Positions 28,267-35,348 of a stretch of DNA of 64,000 bases are shown in pieces (the stretch's first letter is position 1; each line of letters begins with the position of its first letter). Both the position numbers and the translations under genes were made by a program. The notes under the pieces are model-generated. The model saw nothing but the letters and a program-made list of their open reading frames with translations, was not told where the DNA came from and did no database searches. The DNA comes from a virus (lineage: Duplodnaviria; Caudoviricetes), in the IMG/VR virus record IMGVR_UViG_3300005544_000022, positions 7,140 through 71,139 of that record; one strand, given 5' to 3'.

Positions 28267-29127
28267 ATGGACCTGATCGTAATACCTACTCGGGGGCGAG
28301 CGAAGCGGCAGCAAACTTTGGCTACCCTCGAGAAGACAGATGTTGTGTACACCCACAAAGTAGTTCTACTTGTGCGGCCTGAGGAAGTGACAAAGTACCG
28401 TCACCCAAGCTATAAAGGCAAACGCATTAAGTCAGCGACTATGAAGGAGATTGACGTGGTGGCAGTGCCAGAAGACTGCGAAGGTATAAGTAAGAAGCGA
28501 GCCTATGCCTTGACCACGCTGGCAAAGCAATACGACGCCAAGTATCTAATGATGCTCGATGATGACCTGTCATTCTGTCATCGGCCTGATTTGCGTAAGG
28601 CAGATATGCCTTATATCAACGCTGACGCTTACGGCATGCATTGGATGCTCGAAACTATCACCGAGCAATTAGAAAAAGGGTATGCTCATGTCGGGTTGAT
28701 TTCTAGGCAGGCCAACCGCAAGCTAGGCGTTAGGTGGCAGAAACCCGGTCGATTGATGAATGCCTATGCCTACAATGTGCCAATAATTTCTCAGCTAATA
28801 CGCAAGCACAAATTAGTGCTAGGTCGCTTGCAGTTCATGGAAGACTTTGATTTGACGTTACAGCTATTGCGCCTTGGTTATCCCAACCGCATCAGTTGCC
28901 GATTTGCCTGGACTACCACGTCAAACCTCGATGGAGGCTGTAGCACGTACCGCACTGCAGAAGCACAAGCTGAGGCCGCGCGTAAGCTGGCCAAGCTGCA
29001 TAAGCCTTTTGTGCAGGTAGTGGAAAAGCAAGCCAAGACCTGGAAGAACTCGTTGACTGCCCGCGTCGATGTGCGGGTAGCTTGGAAGAAAGCCTACGAG
29101 GCTAGTAAGGGAGGTAAACGTGGCTGA
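28267..29127 (+). CDS. GT-A glycosyltransferase, TAGT/GREB1-like family
   Basis: IVIPTRGRA, MMLDDDL (DxD), EDFDLTLQLLRLGYPN, TSNLDGGCSTYR. Confidence 0.8.
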   Translation: MDLIVIPTRGRAKRQQTLATLEKTDVVYTHKVVLLVRPEEVTKYRHPSYKGKRIKSATMKEIDVVAVPEDCEGISKKRAYALTTLAKQYDAKYLMMLDDDLSFCHRPDLRKADMPYINADAYGMHWMLETITEQLEKGYAHVGLISRQANRKLGVRWQKPGRLMNAYAYNVPIISQLIRKHKLVLGRLQFMEDFDLTLQLLRLGYPNRISCRFAWTTTSNLDGGCSTYRTAEAQAEAARKLAKLHKPFVQVVEKQAKTWKNSLTARVDVRVAWKKAYEASKGGKRG

Positions 29128-29329
29128 CACCGCGAAGGACTTTTCGCCGGCTGAGCGGGCGATACTACACAATCAGCAACTTCTCATGTTGGGCGTGACC
29201 AAGCTTTTGGTGGAGATTGGCTACAACGTACTGGCAGCCAAAATCCAAAGGGAGTTCATAACCGCGCCAGACTTTGTGGCGCTGGACGATACAGCTCGAG
29301 AGTTGGGGTTAAAGGGAGACGAGCAATGA
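29120..29329 (+). CDS. hypothetical protein
   Basis: RBS ggaggt; overlaps the GT stop. Confidence 0.55.
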   Translation: MADTAKDFSPAERAILHNQQLLMLGVTKLLVEIGYNVLAAKIQREFITAPDFVALDDTARELGLKGDEQ

Positions 29330-29562
29330 GCTTGAAGGATGATCTCATAAAACTGCGTGACCAGCTAGCCACGGATTACAATCATTGTACCGGCTTGCGC
29401 ACTATAGCTGCCGATGATCTCGTGCAAACATTAGGTGAGGTGGCGGCAGATATGCTGCCTGAGTTTGCTGCACTCGATGAAGCAGCGCAAGAATTCGCAT
29501 TGAACGAGGCGTGTCCAGAAGGTACCACTATAAGCTGTAGCCCCGTTCGCCTACTAGAGTAA
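29326..29562 (+). CDS. hypothetical protein
   Basis: ATGA overlap. Confidence 0.55.
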   Translation: MSLKDDLIKLRDQLATDYNHCTGLRTIAADDLVQTLGEVAADMLPEFAALDEAAQEFALNEACPEGTTISCSPVRLLE

Positions 29563-29580
29563 CCAGTACTCGGAGTACCC
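29557..29580 (+). repeat. 24-bp direct repeat, copy 1
   Basis: gagtaaccagtactcggagtaccc; 22/24 identical to 29902-29925. Confidence 0.75.
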
Positions 29581-29582
29581 CA

Positions 29583-29894
29583 ATGTCCAAGTCCAAAACA
29601 GTAATCAATGAAGGCTTTTGGAGTGCTTCTAATAAGCCTGTACCAAACAAAGAGCCTTGGCAGGGTCAAGCCCAGTTCTTGAGCAAGTTAAGAAGCGTTG
29701 AGGAAGCAGCTCATGTCATGCGCTATCGAGGCTTTTCAGTTTGCCGCGTATGCAGGCGGCCTAACGGGATAGAAGAGTTTTCGATTTCTTCTGACGATGT
29801 AACTGCGGTATGGCCCTCGGGATTTTCCCATTATATTTTAGCCCACAATGTCGAGCCGTCGAAAGCCTTCAAGGCTTTCATTCTAAGCTTCTAA
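29583..29894 (+). CDS. hypothetical protein (CxxC...HY..H)
   Basis: YRGFSVCRVC..PNG..EF....WPSGFSHYILAHNVEP. Confidence 0.65.
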   Translation: MSKSKTVINEGFWSASNKPVPNKEPWQGQAQFLSKLRSVEEAAHVMRYRGFSVCRVCRRPNGIEEFSISSDDVTAVWPSGFSHYILAHNVEPSKAFKAFILSF

Positions 29895-29901
29895 AGCAGT
29901 C

Positions 29902-29925
29902 GAGTAACCAGTAACCGGAGTACCC
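29902..29925 (+). repeat. 24-bp direct repeat, copy 2
   Basis: gagtaaccagtaaccggagtaccc. Confidence 0.75.
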
Positions 29926-29930
29926 TGTAA

Positions 29931-30593
29931 ATGAAACATGCTGATATCTATGGCAACGCTAGGTTTGCTGGTAGCATCAAGAGATACCACACTTGGCCGT
30001 TTATCTCTACGCAAACCGTGGGCGAGCACACGTGGCAAATCTTTCGCATCTACTACAGCATTTGGGGTGAACTTCCACCTCATGTGACGACAGCGATTAT
30101 CTGGCACGATGCCGGCGAGCTGTTCGCTGGCGATACGCCCTATCCAGCCAAAAAGGCTTCGCCGGGGTTACGTGGGTTGCTCAAAACTTTGGAAATTGAT
30201 GGCGTCGAGCAAATGGGCGGGCCGTGGAACGCCGATGGCAAGCTCACGACCCTTGAGCAAATCAAGATAAAGATTTGTGACAACCTTGACATGCTTGAGC
30301 ACGGCTTGGTCGAGATGGCAATGGGCAACCGCCTTATGGAACCCGTCGCCAACGTGACCTATGCGTGGCTCATTGAAACCCTCGATTGGGATAATGACGC
30401 GCTACCTCACCTCGATAAAGACTATGCCATTCGCTACCTGCTCAAAGTCCGTAAAGCGGCGCTAACGTATGGTATACCCAGCGAGGTTTTCATCATCGAG
30501 AAAAATATACCCCTCGCTGCTCAGCTGACCAAGCTGGCCGCAGTAACCAACCAGCCACCCGGAACCCCAGTCGTTTTGCCAGTCAACATCTAG
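29931..30593 (+). CDS. HD-domain nucleotide phosphohydrolase (YfbR-like)
   Basis: IKRYHT....QTVGEH, WHDAGE..AGD.PYPAK, CDNLD. Confidence 0.8.
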   Translation: MKHADIYGNARFAGSIKRYHTWPFISTQTVGEHTWQIFRIYYSIWGELPPHVTTAIIWHDAGELFAGDTPYPAKKASPGLRGLLKTLEIDGVEQMGGPWNADGKLTTLEQIKIKICDNLDMLEHGLVEMAMGNRLMEPVANVTYAWLIETLDWDNDALPHLDKDYAIRYLLKVRKAALTYGIPSEVFIIEKNIPLAAQLTKLAAVTNQPPGTPVVLPVNI

Positions 30594-30621
30594 CACTGCA
30601 CCAACCCCAGGAGTATAGACG

Positions 30622-31749
30622 GTGGATATCATCAAAGCTACAAACGTCAATGAGGCATATCTCAAAGGGCTGCACCTGCTTGCACACAAAGGCGTACCCG
30701 AGAAATCGCGCGCCGGCGACGTGCTGGTAGTTCCCAACCCGGTCGTCACGCAATACAACTACCCCATGGAGCGGGTGCTGTTCGACGTGACGCGCGATGC
30801 CAACCCCTGGTTTCATTTGATGGAAGCACTGTGGATGCTGATGGGCCGCAACGATGCCACTTGGCTGGACCGCTTCGTCAAGGACTACTCGAAGCGGTTC
30901 GCTGAGGATGATGGTACCCAGTGGGGCGCCTATGGCCAGCGGTGGCGCAGTCACTTTGCGTATACAGAAATTGATGAGGATACCGACCTACCCCTCGAGA
31001 CCATGATCGACCAGCTATCAGAAGTGGTCAGGCTGTTGGCCAAGAACCCCAACGACCGCCGCGTGGTGCTGCAGATGTGGGACCCCGAGTACGACCTGAG
31101 CAAAAACACAAAGGATGTACCGTGCAACCTTTGCGTGCTGCCGCGCGTGGTCAACAAAAAGCTCGACATCACCGTTTTCTGTCGCAGCAATGATGCCATC
31201 TGGGGTGCGTATGGCAGCAACGCCGTTCACTTCAGCATTTTGCAGGAGTACCTTGCTCGGCGGCTGCACCTGGAAATGGGCACGTACTACCAGATCAGCA
31301 ACAACTTTCACGCCTATAAGGACGTGTTCGACGCCAAGACCAAGCATCTGATTATCGACCCCGCTGGGCCGACTGGGCCGGTGCCTACGCCAATAGGTAA
31401 GAGTGAGTTTGTGGTGGCGCCCGCTTGGCACACACCGGCCGATACGGTGAGATGCCCCTACTATGACACGGCGCATCCAACCCCCATCGTGACTTCTGGT
31501 GATACGTTCGACGATGACTTGATCCAGTTCTTCAGCGGTGAGCACCCGCCGATCAAGTACTATCACAACAGCTTTTTCTCTGAGATCGCCGTACCGATGT
31601 ACTACAGTTTCAAGGCGTGGCGAGATAAGGATTTGACTGACGCTTTGCGTTGGCTTACGCGCATGCCTGAGCCAAATGGCGATTGGCGCCTTGCATGCCA
31701 ACAGTGGTATGATCGACGCCGCTATGCTGGAACTAAGGTTCAAAGTTGA
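30622..31749 (+). CDS. thymidylate-synthase-superfamily enzyme, probable dUMP hydroxymethylase
   Basis: RRVVLQMWDP, DVPCN (catalytic Cys), RSNDAIWGAYGSNAVHF (Asn177-equivalent indicates dUMP), NNFHAY; C-terminal extension; neighbourhood. Confidence 0.8.
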   Translation: MDIIKATNVNEAYLKGLHLLAHKGVPEKSRAGDVLVVPNPVVTQYNYPMERVLFDVTRDANPWFHLMEALWMLMGRNDATWLDRFVKDYSKRFAEDDGTQWGAYGQRWRSHFAYTEIDEDTDLPLETMIDQLSEVVRLLAKNPNDRRVVLQMWDPEYDLSKNTKDVPCNLCVLPRVVNKKLDITVFCRSNDAIWGAYGSNAVHFSILQEYLARRLHLEMGTYYQISNNFHAYKDVFDAKTKHLIIDPAGPTGPVPTPIGKSEFVVAPAWHTPADTVRCPYYDTAHPTPIVTSGDTFDDDLIQFFSGEHPPIKYYHNSFFSEIAVPMYYSFKAWRDKDLTDALRWLTRMPEPNGDWRLACQQWYDRRRYAGTKVQS

Positions 31750-31751
31750 AC
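31738..31751. promoter_or_regulatory. palindrome GTTCAAAGTTGAAC (recurring operator-like site)
   Basis: Overlaps the TS stop codon; upstream of 31783. Confidence 0.55.
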
Positions 31752-31782
31752 CGGGGCTCTATCAACTAGTGGAGTTGAAACT

Positions 31783-32061
31783 ATGACGAACTACAAGCTA
31801 GTTCTGCTGACGGCAAGCATGAGCCTAGGCTTTGGCGCGCTGGTAGGCTGCGATAGTCGGTTCTGGCCTGACCCTGCTCGGGAGAAGCAGGAAAAGCAGG
31901 CCCAAGTAGTTGCCGGCCGTGACAACGAGGGTTTGAAGATACGAGTGGACGACCTCGACCATCGTGCTAGGGACGAAGCAACGGCGGTTGACAAACGCTT
32001 TAGGGAACTAGAGCGCCGCATCGAGCGATTGGAGCAGGGCTTGCCCGCAGTGCGCCAATAG
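31783..32061 (+). CDS. predicted lipoprotein with coiled coil
   Basis: Signal peptide with lipobox LVG-C; heptad-like C-terminus. Confidence 0.6.
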   Translation: MTNYKLVLLTASMSLGFGALVGCDSRFWPDPAREKQEKQAQVVAGRDNEGLKIRVDDLDHRARDEATAVDKRFRELERRIERLEQGLPAVRQ

Positions 32062-32074
32062 TTCGAAATTGAAC
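32061..32074. promoter_or_regulatory. palindrome GTTCGAAATTGAAC (recurring operator-like site)
   Basis: Exact reverse complement of the 14668 copy; starts in the stop codon of 31783. Confidence 0.6.
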
Positions 32075-32087
32075 GAGGGCTCCAGTT

Positions 32088-32312
32088 ATGAAGCGCTACC
32101 TTTGCTTTGCCGGATACAGCTATTACAGCGAGGGGGGCTTTCTCGATTGCTGTGGGTCAGCCTCAACCAAAATCAAAGCGGTAGAGATTTGCCTAAAGAA
32201 AGAGCAAGACTGGTGGCATGTCGTCGATACCAAAACCGGCAAGATCGTTGCAGGGGTTAGTGGAGACTATTGTGGTCAGCTGAACGATGCAACGCTGCTA
32301 TCATTCGTGTAA
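32088..32312 (+). CDS. hypothetical protein
   Basis: RBS gaggg; YLCFAGYSYY..GG. Confidence 0.6.
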   Translation: MKRYLCFAGYSYYSEGGFLDCCGSASTKIKAVEICLKKEQDWWHVVDTKTGKIVAGVSGDYCGQLNDATLLSFV

Positions 32313-32324
32313 AGAGGTAAGCAC

Positions 32325-32675
32325 ATGATAACCAGAAGAAAGCTACTGTACTGGCTCGGCCTAGCGCCGGCTGCTTCAATTCTGCCAGTCAACAAGTTCG
32401 GCTCGGCTAGCGCACTGTTCGACGGGCCAACTGAGAATATTGGCAAAACTATCCAATACGTTCAATATGTTGACCCTACTAAGTGGACTGTGCCTAAGGA
32501 TTGGAGTAAGGTTTACATTGACATTGAGTGCATAGGTTACGGGGGTGGGAATGGCGGTGGTGGCGGTGACGCAGCAAGAATGACGATGCGGCAAGCGTCG
32601 GGCGAAAGCAGCCCGATTGGTACTGGCGGTGCAGGCAGAAAGTTAGCCAAGGGAGAACCCGATGTCAGCGAATGA
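32325..32675 (+). CDS. Tat-like signal plus glycine-rich domain fragment
   Basis: MITRRKLL N-terminus; WTVP.....IECIGYGGGNGGGGG. Confidence 0.5.
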   Translation: MITRRKLLYWLGLAPAASILPVNKFGSASALFDGPTENIGKTIQYVQYVDPTKWTVPKDWSKVYIDIECIGYGGGNGGGGGDAARMTMRQASGESSPIGTGGAGRKLAKGEPDVSE

Positions 32676-33135
32676 TAGGCAGGTAGGTGGTAGCCACTAC
32701 AAAGGCGGTTACGAGCATTGGGATTTTGTGACCAACGTTGGTATGAGCTACTTGGGCGCGCAAGTTTGCAAGTACCTGAAGCGCTGGCGCGACAAGAACG
32801 GCCGCGAGGACGTCGAAAAGGCTGGGCACTTCCTCGACAAAATGATCGAGGTATCGCCCATTTTAATCATGCAAAAGCTGAATATACCGATAGACTACAT
32901 CAACGGCGAGCTAAACAGCTACTTGCACGCTAACGGTATCAAAGGCGAAGAAGCTGCCGTCACGTCTATCCTCGCGACATGGTCTAGCAAAGGCCACTTA
33001 CAAATGGCCAAATGCTATATCGAGACCTTGGTAATGAAGATACCCCAAGGGCACGCCACCATTAACCGTGGTGGAGGCGGTGGTTACGCTTCACGGCCCG
33101 ACAGCGATGAGAGCGTACATGGAAATAGATCGTGA
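32662..33135 (+). CDS. DUF3310 protein (T7 gp1.7-like, putative nucleotide kinase)
   Basis: QVGGSHYK, KYLKRWRDKNGREDVEKAGHFL. Confidence 0.8.
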   Translation: MSANDRQVGGSHYKGGYEHWDFVTNVGMSYLGAQVCKYLKRWRDKNGREDVEKAGHFLDKMIEVSPILIMQKLNIPIDYINGELNSYLHANGIKGEEAAVTSILATWSSKGHLQMAKCYIETLVMKIPQGHATINRGGGGGYASRPDSDESVHGNRS

Positions 33136-34222
33136 AGCATTGCTGGCGACAACCAAGGCCGCTAGCAGTGTGATGGCAGCCAATCATTCGGTCCCCATCT
33201 TCAGTAAAATTTGGCTGATGGAAAACCACGTGCTGGCGTTCAACAACACCAGCATGGTAATCCATATTCCAATCGACATGCCGGCACTGGGCGGCGTCGA
33301 TGGCAAGCTGTTGGCCCAGTTGCTCGACCGCTCGGGTGAGGAAACGGTCACTATAGAAGTCATCGACGGCAACAAGGCTCGGGTGGAAATCGGTCGCAGC
33401 AAGGCAACCCTGGCAGTGATGGACCCGACCGACTACGTGCATCAGTTGGCCAAGGTACCAGCACTCAATGGCACAGTGTCTATGCCCATAGTTGAAATAC
33501 CTTGCGAGCAACTGGGCGAAGAGATCGACCTGGGCGCCTTGCTCAACGTCGGCACCTTGAAGCATGAGCAGGATATAGCCTTCAGCTCGCTCACCCTCAA
33601 CGGCAAGGATGGCAAGCTGACCATGTACGCCAGCGACCGTGTAAGCATCAACCGCAGTATCCTCAGCCTCGACAACATCGAAGAGCCGATAACCCGGCTG
33701 GTGCCTATGGATTTCATGCGCACCCTCAAAAAGCTGTGGGATTTGTTCGGTGAAGGCATGTTGCATATTGACCCCAAGCATGTGCTGGTCAGTGTTGAGG
33801 ATGGGCCTACTTTCTATACTGCGGTTAACACGTCAGAAAAGCCAATCGACTTCAGGGCAGCAATAGGCCGGCTGTGGCCGAGCGGTAAGATTGATATCAA
33901 AACGCTCGTGCCGATACCTGACGACTTTTGGGATACCATCAAGCGCGCCAAGCTGTTCGCCAAGAGTGAACCTAACCTAGTCACCCTGATTGCTAGGCAG
34001 AATGAGCTTGAGGTTACGGCCGCGAGTGCCGAAGGCAACTTCAATGAGGTATTGGAGTTCGAGCACCCACCGCAAAAGATATCAGTCAGTTGTGATGATT
34101 TGCTTGACGCGGCCTCGCACGTTGATCGCATCTACTTATCCAGCAGCGGTGTGGCTATGTTCGGCCCGCGCAAGTTCAGCCGGTTTGTCGCCGGCAGAAC
34201 AACCTACAGTTCAGGAGGCTAG
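33119..34222 (+). CDS. dnaN: DNA polymerase III beta-like sliding clamp
   Basis: 367 aa from ATG 33119; IDREALL...SVPIFSKIWL, YASDRVSI (ATDGHRL-like), DFWDTIKRAKLF. Confidence 0.7.
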   Translation: MEIDREALLATTKAASSVMAANHSVPIFSKIWLMENHVLAFNNTSMVIHIPIDMPALGGVDGKLLAQLLDRSGEETVTIEVIDGNKARVEIGRSKATLAVMDPTDYVHQLAKVPALNGTVSMPIVEIPCEQLGEEIDLGALLNVGTLKHEQDIAFSSLTLNGKDGKLTMYASDRVSINRSILSLDNIEEPITRLVPMDFMRTLKKLWDLFGEGMLHIDPKHVLVSVEDGPTFYTAVNTSEKPIDFRAAIGRLWPSGKIDIKTLVPIPDDFWDTIKRAKLFAKSEPNLVTLIARQNELEVTAASAEGNFNEVLEFEHPPQKISVSCDDLLDAASHVDRIYLSSSGVAMFGPRKFSRFVAGRTTYSSGG

Positions 34223-34224
34223 CT

Positions 34225-34479
34225 ATGCAGGAGTACGCGCTATTGGTGGCGATTGACATCAAAGTTCTGCAGGAAAGGCTCAACGCGCTCGGCGCCGCTG
34301 GGTGGGAGTTGGTTTACATCAACTCGCACTTTATCAGTTACCAGCCACTCCAACCCGGCGAGGGGCGAGCCGGTGGAGGACCAGCTGGCGGCCCAGCAGA
34401 AAATGGGTACGTGCAGTGGAATGCTGCAATGAAACGTAGCAAGGTGGGCCCAGATTGGAATAAAGCGCCACCCCAATAA
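34225..34479 (+). CDS. hypothetical protein
   Basis: RBS ggagg; LNALGAAGWELV. Confidence 0.55.
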   Translation: MQEYALLVAIDIKVLQERLNALGAAGWELVYINSHFISYQPLQPGEGRAGGGPAGGPAENGYVQWNAAMKRSKVGPDWNKAPPQ

Positions 34480-34491
34480 GGAGCACCGAAA

Positions 34492-34767
34492 ATGATGAGC
34501 CCCGATGATGTAGCACGCGCATGTTCCCATGCTCGTAGCCTTGTACTCGCTCGTTACCCCACAGCTCGGGCACAGCCAGGACTTGTTATGACGTGCCACG
34601 TGCTTTGGATGCTCGATCAAATAGCAGAGTTCATGGGCGCAATGCCGCCCCGCCGTGAGAAAGCAATGCGCTGGCTCGGGTTTGTGCAGGGCTATCTTTG
34701 GACGGCAACCTACTGCACCATTGAAGACTTGAAGAAGGCCAATCGACCTAGTGATGGAGCTGAGTGA
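34492..34767 (+). CDS. hypothetical protein
   Basis: RBS aaggag; HVLWML...KAMRWLGFVQG. Confidence 0.65.
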   Translation: MMSPDDVARACSHARSLVLARYPTARAQPGLVMTCHVLWMLDQIAEFMGAMPPRREKAMRWLGFVQGYLWTATYCTIEDLKKANRPSDGAE

Positions 34768-35348
34768 TGCCTATCAATCGACGCGGCGTGCATATCAACT
34801 GGCATGGCAAGTACCTTAATGAGGAGGAAATTGCGGCCGACATGATAGCGAAGATCAGGGCTAACCCCGAAGGCGTCAAGGTTTGGCTTGATCCTGTTAG
34901 TTGGAAAATGCCTTATGGTGATTATAAGGAGCTGCCTCCACATGCCGGCGCCTTGATAAACGTCGGTATGCAAGTTCGCAACTACTATGGGCTTTGGCAT
35001 CCTGAGTGCCCGTATACCAAACCCGGCAGCGCTGATTTAGAAGTTAAAGATGGCATCATCACCGACCCAATGTTCCCCGACAACCTATCAATGCGCGTAA
35101 TCGAGCGAGTGCGTAAGGTATTCGCAGATGAGGCCAAGCACTCGAAAGAGTTACACATTGCTGACAATCATCCCCAACGATTAGGCTTTGCTTGGTGTGG
35201 TGCCCCGTTGTTAGATAACAAAATGCGAACCTTTCGCAACGTTGAGGAGGCTGCTCAAATCGGCCGTCGTGGTGGTAAAGATACTTTCATCGTTTGCACT
35301 CGTTGCCTTGAACGGGTCACGGCAGCGCTACGTCACGGGCACAACTAA
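34764..35348 (+). CDS. hypothetical protein
   Basis: Overlapping start and stop with neighbours. Confidence 0.65.
   Translation: MMPINRRGVHINWHGKYLNEEEIAADMIAKIRANPEGVKVWLDPVSWKMPYGDYKELPPHAGALINVGMQVRNYYGLWHPECPYTKPGSADLEVKDGIITDPMFPDNLSMRVIERVRKVFADEAKHSKELHIADNHPQRLGFAWCGAPLLDNKMRTFRNVEEAAQIGRRGGKDTFIVCTRCLERVTAALRHGHN

Noticed and set aside
30622-31749. dCMP hydroxymethylase
   Set aside because: The specificity position holds Asn (GSNAVHF), not the Asp of dCMP-type enzymes
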